From an uncultured virus (IMG/VR IMGVR_UViG_3300037312_001617) (lineage: Duplodnaviria; Heunggongvirae; Uroviricota; Caudoviricetes), in IMG/VR virus record IMGVR_UViG_3300037312_001617, positions 62,001 to 116,043 of that record: a DNA stretch of 54,043 nt; one strand, written 5' to 3'. Position 1 is the first letter of the stretch, and every line of letters starts with the position of its first letter. Both the position numbers and the translations under genes were made by a program. This document shows positions 38,199 to 48,552 of the stretch, one piece after another. The notes beneath the pieces are model-generated. The model made no database searches and was not told the origin of the DNA. It worked only from the letters and a program-made list of their open reading frames with translations.

Positions 38199-39719
38199 GT
38201 GACTGGTTATATAAAGGTAAATGGCGTTCAAAAAGAAATCATTGGTGCTTATTTTAAAAAAAATGGCGTTTGGAAACAAGGAATGGTGATGTCTAATAAG
38301 GTCAATGGGGTGTGGAAGGATGTATGGACAAGCGCCTATGATACACCAACAGGTTTAACCTATCCGACTACAGCTCAACGTGGCAGTTCGTTTACATGGA
38401 CAGCTACTGCGGTTTCGGGTTCGGCTTATGAACTCCAAGCGAAATTAGGAAGCGGCACTTGGGGTGCTTCTCAATTTTTCACAAACAATAGCAATTCTTA
38501 TACGGTCACAACGGATGTGACGATTAATTCATTACAGCTAAGAGTGAGAACCGTTGATCCGACTGATCATTCCAAACCGAGCGATTGGGTGACAGGTGCA
38601 GTAACAAGTTTAACGCCACAAAAACTTGCTACACCTACAGGTTTCACCGTTCCTACCAGCATTACGAGAGGTCAAAAGATTCATCTTTCGTGGAATGGTC
38701 TAGCTGGAGTATCGTATGCTGTTGAGGTTTACTATAAAAACAGTGCGGGTACGGCGACTCTTGCGACACAACTTGGAGTCATGACACTTGCAGCAAACGG
38801 AACCACCGGCATTGATTATACAGTCGTTACCGATACATCAAAAGTAAAAATCTATTTTAAATTGAAGGGTTCGAAAACGGGATATTCCGATAGCGACTAT
38901 GTAACATCATCTGAAGTTACATTGACTGCGCAAAAACTTGGAGCCGTTACTACAATGAATGTTCCAACTCCTGTAAAAGGCGCAACCATCACCATCACTT
39001 GGGGATCAGTTACGAGTGCTGAATCGTATCAACTGGAAGTTATTTATGATAATCAAACATCGTTTACGCGAATTTATACAGGCGGCACTCGTTCATTTAA
39101 TTACACCCTGCCTAAAGACAAAGGTTATGTTCAATTCAGAGTGAGAGCAACCGCTACTAACTATGCGGTCGGAGATTGGCATTATGCCTGGAATAATGGC
39201 GAGATTGGTGTTAAAATCCAAGACCCACCACTTAAAAACAAGACATGGACAGCGACGTGGACAGGGAACTGGAGACCAAACTTCGGTGGCCAATGGAACA
39301 ACGAGAATAATTATGTGTACCAAGGTAAGTGGACAGATTCGGGTGGTACATGGGGGAACTACAAAGGGATGGCGATATTCAATTATCAGGACATCCAAAA
39401 CACTTTGGAGGGTAAAGATATTGAAAAGGTTCAACTTTATTTTTACCGGGTGAATGCAGGTGGTTACGTGGCAGGTCAAGCGATAACCCTCTATACTCAC
39501 AACTACTCCTCTCATCCTGATGGGGAACCTTCCTATTGGTTTGTTCAGGGACCGTTCAGTTCTTTTGCGCGGGGAGAAGGGAAATGGATTACAGTTGATA
39601 ATTCGGTAGCAGAGAGACTTCGAGATGGAACAGCCAAAGGGATCGGTCTTTACCGTTCCGATGGGGCAGGGTACTTGTTCATGTCGACGAATGTCCAGCT
39701 ATACGTTGAATATAGGTAA
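38199..39719 (+). CDS. Tail fibre / receptor-binding protein with FN3-like repeats
   Basis: IKVNGVQKEI...KVNGVWK N-terminus, three FN3-like units, C-terminal beta-sandwich. Confidence 0.65.
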   Translation: MTGYIKVNGVQKEIIGAYFKKNGVWKQGMVMSNKVNGVWKDVWTSAYDTPTGLTYPTTAQRGSSFTWTATAVSGSAYELQAKLGSGTWGASQFFTNNSNSYTVTTDVTINSLQLRVRTVDPTDHSKPSDWVTGAVTSLTPQKLATPTGFTVPTSITRGQKIHLSWNGLAGVSYAVEVYYKNSAGTATLATQLGVMTLAANGTTGIDYTVVTDTSKVKIYFKLKGSKTGYSDSDYVTSSEVTLTAQKLGAVTTMNVPTPVKGATITITWGSVTSAESYQLEVIYDNQTSFTRIYTGGTRSFNYTLPKDKGYVQFRVRATATNYAVGDWHYAWNNGEIGVKIQDPPLKNKTWTATWTGNWRPNFGGQWNNENNYVYQGKWTDSGGTWGNYKGMAIFNYQDIQNTLEGKDIEKVQLYFYRVNAGGYVAGQAITLYTHNYSSHPDGEPSYWFVQGPFSSFARGEGKWITVDNSVAERLRDGTAKGIGLYRSDGAGYLFMSTNVQLYVEYR

Positions 39720-39728
39720 TTAGTCCTA
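39713..39728. promoter_or_regulatory. Operator-like site upstream of the endolysin
   Basis: TAGGTAATTAGTCCTA. Confidence 0.6.
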
Positions 39729-39771
39729 CTAATATGATAAAATAAAAGTAACAAATAAGGGAGGGATATTT

Positions 39772-40494
39772 ATGTTTAAGATTTCATTGAGCGCAGGCCA
39801 CGGTTTAGGTACGCCCGGAAAACGCTCACCTGATGGTATGCATGAGTGGGAATTTAATGGTGCCGTTGTTACGAAAATGGTTCAATTGTTTTCCCAATAC
39901 AAGGATGTAGCTGTGAAACGATTGGACAATCCAACTGGTGCGACAGACATTCCATTGAAGGATCGTGCTGCCGCCTCTGATGCCTTCGGAGCAAACTTCC
40001 ATCTGGATGTTCACGCCAATGCCTCCGGTTCCACCTGGAACGATGCAAATGGCATTGAAACCTTCTGTTATAAAATGCAGGGTGTAGGCTATGAAGTGGC
40101 TAAGAAACTTCAAAAAGCTTTAATCGACGCGACAGGACTTAAGGATCGTGGCGTGAAAGATGGAGAAGATCTATACATGATCAATCATCCGAAAGCGCCA
40201 GCTGCCTTAGTGGAATGCGGATTCATGACCAATCAAAAGGAAGCGGCCCTTTTAAAATCAGACGATTATCGTACGAAAGTAGCAAACGCATTGGTAAGTG
40301 CATTTGCCTCTCACTTTGGATTGGTGAAGGTACAGCCTGCTCCAACTCCTGTCACTCCAGCAAAACCGACTCCTTCTGTAACTGGAAAGTTGTACAAGGT
40401 GCAAGTTGGGGCATTTAGCAAGAAGGAAAATGCAGATGCCTTAATTAAAGACTTAGCTGTAAAAGGCTTTAAGGGTGCAGTCATTTATGAATAA
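39772..40494 (+). CDS. Endolysin: N-acetylmuramoyl-L-alanine amidase (Amidase_3) plus SPOR domain, CwlC-like
   Basis: SAGHG, HEWEFN, DVHANA, LVECGFMTN; C-terminal LYKVQVGAFSKKENA. Confidence 0.93.
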   Translation: MFKISLSAGHGLGTPGKRSPDGMHEWEFNGAVVTKMVQLFSQYKDVAVKRLDNPTGATDIPLKDRAAASDAFGANFHLDVHANASGSTWNDANGIETFCYKMQGVGYEVAKKLQKALIDATGLKDRGVKDGEDLYMINHPKAPAALVECGFMTNQKEAALLKSDDYRTKVANALVSAFASHFGLVKVQPAPTPVTPAKPTPSVTGKLYKVQVGAFSKKENADALIKDLAVKGFKGAVIYE

Positions 40495-40675
40495 TCAAAA
40501 CCGTTGGAAATCCTATATATTATGGGCTGCCGTTGCCGCGTTAGTTGGCGATGCTCTCATTGATTTGGGGTTATTAGGGGATTTAAATAAGTTTAATAGT
40601 TACGTAGATAAGGTGTTTTATATCTTGATGTTGTTAGGGATTGTCAATAACCCAACAAATAAAACAGGATTATGA
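40487..40675 (+). CDS. Holin
   Basis: 62 aa, two hydrophobic segments, QNRWKS.ILW...LGIVNNPT; overlaps the endolysin stop. Confidence 0.8.
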   Translation: MNNQNRWKSYILWAAVAALVGDALIDLGLLGDLNKFNSYVDKVFYILMLLGIVNNPTNKTGL

Positions 40676-40682
40676 TCAGAGG

Positions 40683-40713
40683 AAAGACTCATATTATTGA
40701 GTCTTTCTTTTTT
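40683..40713 (+). terminator. Terminator after the lysis cassette
   Basis: AAAGACTCA-tattat-TGAGTCTTT then CTTTTTT. Confidence 0.8.
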
Positions 40714-40762
40714 GCTCACTAATTCTTAAAACAACCGTATAAAAAAAATGATAGAATACAAC

Positions 40763-40778
40763 TAGGATAATAGTCCTA
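40763..40778. promoter_or_regulatory. Operator-like site upstream of the appendage operon
   Basis: TAGGATAATAGTCCTA immediately before RBS AAAGGAGGG. Confidence 0.6.
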
Positions 40779-40797
40779 TATAAAGGAGGGAGACGTA

Positions 40798-41691
40798 ATG
40801 CCTCAAAAGATACAAGTAAAACGTGGAGCAAAGGCAAAACTGCAAAGTTATACATTGAGTGATGGAGAGCTTGGTTGGGCAACTGATACGAAAGAACTGT
40901 TTATCGGAACTGGCCTCACAAATATTCCAATCAATCCATTAGTTTACAATACTGAAGCTGAGGTGCAAAGCGCCTTTCCAAGTGGAACGGATATGCCAGT
41001 ATGGGTCAAATCAACAAAAAGATGGTATTTCTGGGATGACGGAACAACACCATCAGATATTACACCACCGACTGTTGTAGTTAACGTTCTGGGTGGAACG
41101 TATACATCAGTTCAGAATGTAAATCTAAGCACGGAGGCTGGGGCAATCATTTATTATACCTTAGATGGTTCGACACCGACCCAGACAAGTTCTGTTTATA
41201 CAGCTGCTTTAGTCATCAGTTCTTCTAAAGTATTAAAGTATTTCGCGAAGGACTCGGCTGGCAATGTTTCCGATGTTCAAACACAAACATATACCATCAA
41301 TATGGATACGACGGCTCCGACAGTTACTGTCTATCCAACGCCGGGCGCTTACACAAGCAGTCAAAGTGTAACATTTACTACTAACGAGACTGCGACCATC
41401 TATTACACCAAAGACGGTAGTACGCCAACAACAGGTAGTTCGGTATACACAAGCGCTATCGTTCTTAATGCGACGGGTACGATCAAATATTTTGCAAAAG
41501 ACGTGGCAGGCAATTCGAGTGGGATTCAAACAGCGACATATACCATTAACATTCCAGATGCTACTCCGCCTAGCTCAGTCCAAGGATTAAAAGTGGCAGC
41601 GGCTACCCAAAACAGCATCACTGTAAGCTGGAACGCTAATACAGAACCGGACCTTGCTGGGTACGAAGTCTCTATATCCGAGGTCGTTTAA
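40798..41691 (+). CDS. Appendage anchor: Mtd/hyaluronidase-type N-terminus, two CHB_HEX_C (Fn3-associated) repeats, ends in the N-half of an FN3 domain
   Basis: KIQVKRG...LSDGELGWATDTKELFIG; IYYTLDGSTPT and IYYTKDGSTPT; C-terminus PPSSVQGL...ITVSWNA...LAGYEVSISEVV. Confidence 0.75.
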   Translation: MPQKIQVKRGAKAKLQSYTLSDGELGWATDTKELFIGTGLTNIPINPLVYNTEAEVQSAFPSGTDMPVWVKSTKRWYFWDDGTTPSDITPPTVVVNVLGGTYTSVQNVNLSTEAGAIIYYTLDGSTPTQTSSVYTAALVISSSKVLKYFAKDSAGNVSDVQTQTYTINMDTTAPTVTVYPTPGAYTSSQSVTFTTNETATIYYTKDGSTPTTGSSVYTSAIVLNATGTIKYFAKDVAGNSSGIQTATYTINIPDATPPSSVQGLKVAAATQNSITVSWNANTEPDLAGYEVSISEVV

Positions 41692-41721
41692 TATCCTGAA
41701 AAGGAAAATGGAGGGACTATA

Positions 41722-43596
41722 ATGGCAACAACCACTAATACGAGTTATACCTTTACCGGGCTATCGCCAGGAAAGTCTTATCAAATCACAGTTTCAGCAA
41801 AAGATAATGCTGGAAACTCATCCACTCCCGTTTCCATTATTGGAAATACGAGTGCGGAAACTCCACTAGATACGACTGCGCCAACTGTTGATATTTCTCC
41901 AGCTGCGGGAACTTATACATCTACGCAGAATGTCACCTTGACGGCGAACGAGCCAGCAACCATTTTTTACACACTGGATGGTACTACTCCAACAGCAAGC
42001 AGTCCTGTATACAATTCGCCTATCAGCATTTCTGGATCCGCAACCCTTAAATATTTTGCAAAGGATACTTCTGGGAATTCAAGTTTGGTGCAAACGGCTG
42101 TATATACAATCAATATTCCTGATACTACTCCGCCATTGAATGTAGCAACAATTACTCCGACCACGGTTACAGATACTAGCGTCACCTTGACTTGGACTGC
42201 GAGTGAATCAAATGACGTGGCGTCCTATGATGTATTCAATGGTGCTGCGAAACTAGGAAACACTACATCACTCACTTATACTATAAACTCTTTGACAGCG
42301 GGAACGGACTATACCTTCTGGGTAAAGGCAGTAGATGGGGCCGGAAACAGTTCGAGTGGGACAAGCGTAAGTGTAAGAACTTCGGTACCGTTGGATACTA
42401 CTCCGCCAGTACTTACGATTACACAGGGAGGAAATTTCTATAATACTAAGACCATTACAATGAGCGCGAACGAAGCAGCGACCATTTACTATACAACGGA
42501 TAATAGTGATCCTGTAACATCAGGTACAAGAATGATCTATACGTCTGCTCTCACTCTTTCCAGTACAACGACCATCAAAGCATATGCGGTGGACGGAAGC
42601 AACAATGCTAGTGGGGTTCAGACTGTGACGTACACACAAGTAGCATATGTAACGAATGGACTTCAGGTTTACTATGACTTTGCCAGCCTCAACTCGACAC
42701 CTACTACAGTGACGGATTCGAGTGGTAATGGGAATACGGGAACATTAAAAAATTACTCTGGTTCATATGGAAGCGGCGTGATAAACGGAGAATTAGTCGG
42801 GGATGGTACAGGTGATTACATTACAATTCCTTCGAAGTCAACATTGAAAACTTATCCGTTTACAGTCGAATTCTATGCCAGTTTTAGACGAGATCAAGCG
42901 GATGCGGCTGGGTCATTCAAATTATTCTCCGATGCATCTGGCACAGGAACAGGTAATGGTGTATCAGTGAATCTTAATACGATAAAACATGCAACAACAC
43001 CTAATACAATCTATCTTAGCGGTCCTGTTTCACAGCCTAACTACGGTGTTTCTTTTAATGCATTTGATAACGTGTATCATCATATCGTTGCGGTATTTGG
43101 TTCAAATTACCAAAAAATATATGTGGACAACGTTTTGTTAGGTACAGGTAACCAAACTTCTACTGCTACTTTAGGTGACAGGGTACTCGCTTTATTCGCA
43201 GATAATGACACCGTTTCTGCCTCTGCTACAACATTACAGCACTCCGCTCGATTATTCCGATTCTATAATCGTGAACTAACACAAGCGGAAGTAACACAGA
43301 ACTATAATAATTTACCTTCAAGCTTTACACCAGGAGATTACAAAGCTCCAATCGCTACGTTCTCTCCAGCTCCTGGTACATATACAGGGGCACAGACCAT
43401 CACTATTACGTTAGATGATGCAGACGGAGCTGAGGTATATTACACCACAAACGGAACGATTCCGAATATAACAAATGCTTCACAAAAATACACGGCTCCA
43501 TTTACTATTTCAGCAACTTGTCGTATCAGCTATATTCCGAAAGACGCAGCGGGTAACAAAACTGCGATGAAGTATGTTGATTACACAATTAATTAA
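41722..43596 (+). CDS. Adhesin-like appendage protein: C-half FN3, CHB_HEX_C repeats, FN3, LamG-like lectin domain
   Basis: Starts MATTTNTSYTFTGLSPGKSYQITVSAKDNAGN; DSSGNGNTG...YHHIVAVF...RFYNRELTQAEVTQNY LamG; RBS GGAGGG. Confidence 0.8.
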   Translation: MATTTNTSYTFTGLSPGKSYQITVSAKDNAGNSSTPVSIIGNTSAETPLDTTAPTVDISPAAGTYTSTQNVTLTANEPATIFYTLDGTTPTASSPVYNSPISISGSATLKYFAKDTSGNSSLVQTAVYTINIPDTTPPLNVATITPTTVTDTSVTLTWTASESNDVASYDVFNGAAKLGNTTSLTYTINSLTAGTDYTFWVKAVDGAGNSSSGTSVSVRTSVPLDTTPPVLTITQGGNFYNTKTITMSANEAATIYYTTDNSDPVTSGTRMIYTSALTLSSTTTIKAYAVDGSNNASGVQTVTYTQVAYVTNGLQVYYDFASLNSTPTTVTDSSGNGNTGTLKNYSGSYGSGVINGELVGDGTGDYITIPSKSTLKTYPFTVEFYASFRRDQADAAGSFKLFSDASGTGTGNGVSVNLNTIKHATTPNTIYLSGPVSQPNYGVSFNAFDNVYHHIVAVFGSNYQKIYVDNVLLGTGNQTSTATLGDRVLALFADNDTVSASATTLQHSARLFRFYNRELTQAEVTQNYNNLPSSFTPGDYKAPIATFSPAPGTYTGAQTITITLDDADGAEVYYTTNGTIPNITNASQKYTAPFTISATCRISYIPKDAAGNKTAMKYVDYTIN

Positions 43597-43644
43597 AAGT
43601 GGGGGGGATTTGCCCCCCTCTGTTAAAAAAGGAGGTAGGATTCA

Positions 43645-46600
43645 TTGGCCACAACAAGTAGTACGAACTATACCTTTACAGATCTGACGCCTTTGACCGA
43701 TTACGAAATTGATGTAAAAGCAAAAGATACATCGGGAAACTTATCGTCTATTGCTTCGATAACGTACAAGACCCCTGACGTAGATAGTACGCCCCCTGAA
43801 TTGACCGTCCCAGATAGTGGGACCTTCAACGGAACAAAAACGATAGCTTTTACCACAAACGAGCCATCGACGATTTATTACACACAAGATGGTTCCATAC
43901 CAACTCGTGCTAGTTCGGTTTATACTGACCCGATTGTTTTAACAGATTCAAAAGCTGTTAAAGCCTTTGCAGTGGACTGGCAAGGAAATGAGAGTGATGT
44001 AAAGGTTGGAACCTATACGAGGAACTTTGAACCGGATGAAAAGTATTTAGATCTCGATGGAGTGACTAGTGGCATTGTGACAGCTAGTTCTATTACTACT
44101 ACGGCAATAGAAATGGATGTAATGTTTTATGATCGCGCTCCGACTGATAGCGGGACGATTGTAGAGCAAAACTATCAATGGGTTAGACGGCAATCCCCAA
44201 ATGATAATATCTCAAACGGGTATTATTCAGTATTCGTAGACGGAAACCCTACTACAAACGCAACACCCTTTCTGCCCGCTAATAAGAAGGTAACAGTCCG
44301 TTTGGTTAATACCAATCCAATGACCGCCAAGGTATACATTGGGGTATCATGGAACAACGGTTCCCGATTAAAAGCAAGGCTATATGGGCTTCGTTTTTTT
44401 AATGGCGGCGCATTGATTGGAAAATACGATTTTACTAAAGGGAATGCCAATGACTTATCAGGAAGCAATACCGTATTAAGCCTATATGGTACACCTACTT
44501 ATAGATTCCCTGATTCACCAAAATTGACTGCTCCAACAGAGGTACAGGATATTCATGTATCAAGTACGATGACCTCCAATACCATTGCCTGGTCCGAGCC
44601 AGTCGATGCTGATTACAGTCATGTGAGATTGCTGCGTAATGGCGTGGAGCTGTTCGATGATTTGACAGGAAATCTATTCGTGGATAAAGGGCTAAAGCCG
44701 AATACTTCTTATACTTACCGGCTTATTTCAACGGACAATTACGGAAATGAAAGTTTGGGAACAAAGCTGGTATTATCGACGTTACCAGACACTTCGATCG
44801 TTCCAGAAGTATCGAGTGTTGCCCAAACCCATACCCATGATTCGGTGAAGCTGACATGGACAAATCCTTTTGACCCATATACTTCCGTGAAAATTTATCG
44901 AAATGGTACTGCTATTGCAAGTGATTTAATGGGAACGGAATATACGGATAACGGATTGAGTTTAGGAACGACTTATAACTATAAGATCGTTGTTGTTGGA
45001 GTGACCGGAAAAGAAAGTGCAGGAACATCGATTAGTGCGACTACCGACGCTACACCAACTGTAATGGCATTATATATGTACGGTAACAGTTATCGGAACT
45101 GGATTGAGACTCCTTCTGTTACGTATAACCGACTCGTCTTGGATTTTAAACTTCCTGACCAAACAATTATTCCGCCAAATGGTACGTTTATTCTTTTAAA
45201 TACGGGTCAAGAAACATTTGGAAATAAAGTGTTCTATTCACCTACGGGAACAGAAACGGTCAATCACACTGTAGCTCCCGGAGGATTAATTGTTAATGGA
45301 GTGCCCGCATCGACGGGAACCAACTTTATTACTCCGAATACACGGACTGTTTTCGATATGACATTAGGCTCAACGGTTACCGAAGTTATTCGTGTGTTTG
45401 GTACACATAGTGCTTCACCATCCCCAGAAGGATACGTGTATAGTCTAAAAGCGTATAACGGAGATAATTTAATTCTTCATTACGACATGGGAAAAGGTAC
45501 TCTGAATGACCAGTCCGGCAATAACAAAAACGGTAAAATTGTAGGTGTCGGGGGTAAATGGTTAAAATCAAGCGACCCATATGTAGATACCACTCCACCA
45601 CCAGACGTGGCGAATTTAGAAGCAGCAAGTGTTACAGGAACAGGTTGCGTTCTTAAATGGACTGAGATATTCAAGGCGACTGATTTTGCTCGTTACGATA
45701 TCTATAAAAATGATGTACTACTTGGGAACGTAACAGGCCTTTCATACACTGTATCGGGATTGACTGCTGATAATTTGTATAAATTTACAGTTAAAGCGGT
45801 GGATACAAAAGGAAACTTCAGTGTCGGGGAATCTGTACAGGTTCTTACATCAACAGCGATGTCTACGGTCATTCCGCCTGTAGCAGATTCCATCTTGTTC
45901 GATTTGAATTTAATCAAGAACAAAGGCTCGTGGAATCGTACAGTATATGATCGGGTGAGCAACGTAAAAGTAGACCTGCCTAATGCTTTTGGTACAGACA
46001 AATTTAATAACATAGACTTTGGTTTCATTAATGATAAAGGTTACACCATTTATGAACAAGGTAGGGCAACCATCAACACTGGCGGGACGGCACTTGCATC
46101 AGGAATCAATATGTCGAGTGGCATCACACTTGAGTTCTTAATGGCGGCTCAACCTGTAAGAGCGATGCTAATTACTAGTACCCAGTTTGAATTAAAGAGT
46201 GATCCGAACGGTTTTACCCTAAAGTATACGTATTTAGATTTTTCAGGAGTGCAAAAGACTTACAGTGCGGGTACTTCTAATACTGCTAAATTTACGAATC
46301 TGGATACTCTAGGCACACCAACCAACCCGTATACAGATACGTTAAGGCCAAAAGGAGAGCTAAACTTAGTCACTGTCCGACTTAATACAAATGGTACGGT
46401 AGACGTAATTGGAAACACGTACAAATATCGTGTAGCCGCTCCAGCTGATTTCTCTTCGTATGTGAATTGTTTTAATCAAGCTTCAATGACATTTGGCGGT
46501 TTTGGGTTTATAGATAATACCCAAATTATGACTATGGGTAAAATCGTCATTCACAATCGGCTCTTGACCGACGGGGAAGTATTACAGAACTATGCCTTCT

Positions 46601-48498
46601 ACAATGAGTTGTATCCATTTGAGGACATTACGATTACCCCATCTTCGGTAAATTTGGATGTTGGGTCACAAAGACAACTCGTTGTTTATACTGTACCTTA
46701 CTATTATGACAACAAAGCTACAAAGACTTTTGATAGTGGTAATGCTGGATTTGTAACAGTTAGTAGCACAGGTCTTTTAGCCGGGGTACTTCCGGGAGAA
46801 ACCGACATAGGTGTCCATGTTGCCTATGGCGGGAAAGAAGTGGTTCGTAACGTTCCGGTAGAAATTGTGAGTCCTGTATCGGACCCGGACGCTATCGGTT
46901 CCACTTCACGTACAATCACAGGTATTTCCATCAACAAAAAGACAGACAGCATAGAAGTAGGAGAAGCTTATGTAGTCATGGCAACTACGCTTCCTTACGA
47001 CATTTTTTACGATAACGTGGTGATTTGGGAAAGTTCCAATCCAGACGTATGTGAAGTGCATTACGGGGTGCTAGAAGGAAAGTCGGTAGGGACAGCAACT
47101 ATTACAGCCTATGATAGTACCAAAACTTTTTCTGAGAGTTTTACAATTGAAGTAAAGCAACCAGTTCCACTGGTGATCACTGAAGCAGAGACTTATTATG
47201 TCAATGGGACTGATTATGGTCTCCAATTAAACAATACGGATTCCTTGAACACGACAAATGGTATCCAAGCAGCATGGGATTTTGCTCATGCAAATGGTTA
47301 CAAAAAAATTGTGTATCCGAACGGTACTTACTTAGTCAATCCAACTGTTAGGTCACTTGACCTCCCTTCGGATATGGTGATTGATTTTAGTGATTCTGTT
47401 ATGAATATCGAACCTAGTGCAAAAACGGCTACTGGTTATGTCATGATTAATATGAAGAACATCAAAAATACCATGGTAACCCGGTTGCATTTGTATGGGG
47501 AAGCAGATTCAACAACGCTAAAAGCGTCTTGGGAAGGCTGCTTGAATACCGAGATAAAAAACACTATAAATTGCGGCTATTACAAATGTACGATTAGTAA
47601 ATCTCCGGGATTCAATATAGCTTTTGGTAATAGTCCAGTTGAACCGGGAACAGAAACGGTAGTTTTAAGTAAAAATAATCTTTTTCCAGGCAATATAAAT
47701 AACCATGGACTAGAGGATGACAGTATCACTAGCTGGCATTTTAGGACTAAATTTTTCCTAGACATCTCGTCATTAGGTGCTTACTACATGTTAGGGTATA
47801 ACCAAGGATATTCAGGATATCCATTCTTGCGTTCTCGACTATACAGCATATACTTTTATGACGCAAATAAGCAATTTATGACCGCTCATCTATATAACTT
47901 ACAGTTCTACGAATACGTGAAACCAGTCGGTGCAAAGTACGCGAAGATTGTAATTTATCAAGAAGCAGCTCCTACTGGGGCAGACCCAGACTTCCAATCG
48001 GTAGCGTTACTCCGTACGATTGGTACAAATCGTAAATCCTATATTCGAGAGTGCCGCATTGAAAACAATTTTAGCACAGGTATTGCGGCATGTGGTGGAT
48101 ATGACAACCGGATTGAAGGAAACTTCTTCTCGGGAAACAATGGTCGTATGCCAGGATGTGACATTGACTATGAGGATGGTTGGGAAAATGCTTGTGGAGA
48201 TATTGTCCGAAACAATACATTTGGTTCCAATTTAGGTATTACTACTGCTTCAAGTTCGAGTTTAGCGGTATTCGATAATCTATTTAACAACTCACGGATC
48301 ACGGTTTGGGATAGAACCTGTACTTGGCGAATATTCCGTAACACTTTCAATGGTAGAAGTAATATGCAACCATCGTTTGGCACTCAGGGAGATTCCTATC
48401 TTGCGGAGAACGTCTTTATTAACCAAGTGTTTAGTACTTCGAAAAACCATGCCACTGCAAATTATAGTGTCCATGTAATTAATAACACAGTAATGTAA
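43645..48498 (+). CDS. Large tailspike-like protein: C-half FN3, CHB_HEX_C, FN3 and LamG-like repeats, Ig-like (Big_2) domains, C-terminal right-handed beta-helix
   Basis: TTG start after AAAGGAGGT; several FN3 units, VIWESSNPDVCEV Big_2, GIQAAWDFA...IVYPNGTY and NN..GNNGRMPGCDIDYEDG beta-helix. Confidence 0.8.
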   Translation: MATTSSTNYTFTDLTPLTDYEIDVKAKDTSGNLSSIASITYKTPDVDSTPPELTVPDSGTFNGTKTIAFTTNEPSTIYYTQDGSIPTRASSVYTDPIVLTDSKAVKAFAVDWQGNESDVKVGTYTRNFEPDEKYLDLDGVTSGIVTASSITTTAIEMDVMFYDRAPTDSGTIVEQNYQWVRRQSPNDNISNGYYSVFVDGNPTTNATPFLPANKKVTVRLVNTNPMTAKVYIGVSWNNGSRLKARLYGLRFFNGGALIGKYDFTKGNANDLSGSNTVLSLYGTPTYRFPDSPKLTAPTEVQDIHVSSTMTSNTIAWSEPVDADYSHVRLLRNGVELFDDLTGNLFVDKGLKPNTSYTYRLISTDNYGNESLGTKLVLSTLPDTSIVPEVSSVAQTHTHDSVKLTWTNPFDPYTSVKIYRNGTAIASDLMGTEYTDNGLSLGTTYNYKIVVVGVTGKESAGTSISATTDATPTVMALYMYGNSYRNWIETPSVTYNRLVLDFKLPDQTIIPPNGTFILLNTGQETFGNKVFYSPTGTETVNHTVAPGGLIVNGVPASTGTNFITPNTRTVFDMTLGSTVTEVIRVFGTHSASPSPEGYVYSLKAYNGDNLILHYDMGKGTLNDQSGNNKNGKIVGVGGKWLKSSDPYVDTTPPPDVANLEAASVTGTGCVLKWTEIFKATDFARYDIYKNDVLLGNVTGLSYTVSGLTADNLYKFTVKAVDTKGNFSVGESVQVLTSTAMSTVIPPVADSILFDLNLIKNKGSWNRTVYDRVSNVKVDLPNAFGTDKFNNIDFGFINDKGYTIYEQGRATINTGGTALASGINMSSGITLEFLMAAQPVRAMLITSTQFELKSDPNGFTLKYTYLDFSGVQKTYSAGTSNTAKFTNLDTLGTPTNPYTDTLRPKGELNLVTVRLNTNGTVDVIGNTYKYRVAAPADFSSYVNCFNQASMTFGGFGFIDNTQIMTMGKIVIHNRLLTDGEVLQNYAFYNELYPFEDITITPSSVNLDVGSQRQLVVYTVPYYYDNKATKTFDSGNAGFVTVSSTGLLAGVLPGETDIGVHVAYGGKEVVRNVPVEIVSPVSDPDAIGSTSRTITGISINKKTDSIEVGEAYVVMATTLPYDIFYDNVVIWESSNPDVCEVHYGVLEGKSVGTATITAYDSTKTFSESFTIEVKQPVPLVITEAETYYVNGTDYGLQLNNTDSLNTTNGIQAAWDFAHANGYKKIVYPNGTYLVNPTVRSLDLPSDMVIDFSDSVMNIEPSAKTATGYVMINMKNIKNTMVTRLHLYGEADSTTLKASWEGCLNTEIKNTINCGYYKCTISKSPGFNIAFGNSPVEPGTETVVLSKNNLFPGNINNHGLEDDSITSWHFRTKFFLDISSLGAYYMLGYNQGYSGYPFLRSRLYSIYFYDANKQFMTAHLYNLQFYEYVKPVGAKYAKIVIYQEAAPTGADPDFQSVALLRTIGTNRKSYIRECRIENNFSTGIAACGGYDNRIEGNFFSGNNGRMPGCDIDYEDGWENACGDIVRNNTFGSNLGITTASSSSLAVFDNLFNNSRITVWDRTCTWRIFRNTFNGRSNMQPSFGTQGDSYLAENVFINQVFSTSKNHATANYSVHVINNTVM

Positions 48499-48552
48499 TC
48501 ATCTACGAGGGCACTCTTGGGTGTCCTCTAAATTAGAAAGGGAGTGTCATAT

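Noticed and set aside
17825..39719. Tailocin or extracellular contractile injection system
   Set aside because: Capsid, protease-like, scaffold and neck genes are contiguous with the tail genes, and no eCIS-type AAA ATPase is visible
40798..41000. Diversity-generating retroelement suggested by the Mtd-like N-terminus
   Set aside because: No reverse transcriptase and no template/variable repeat pair seen; this N-terminal module is a common fibre anchor
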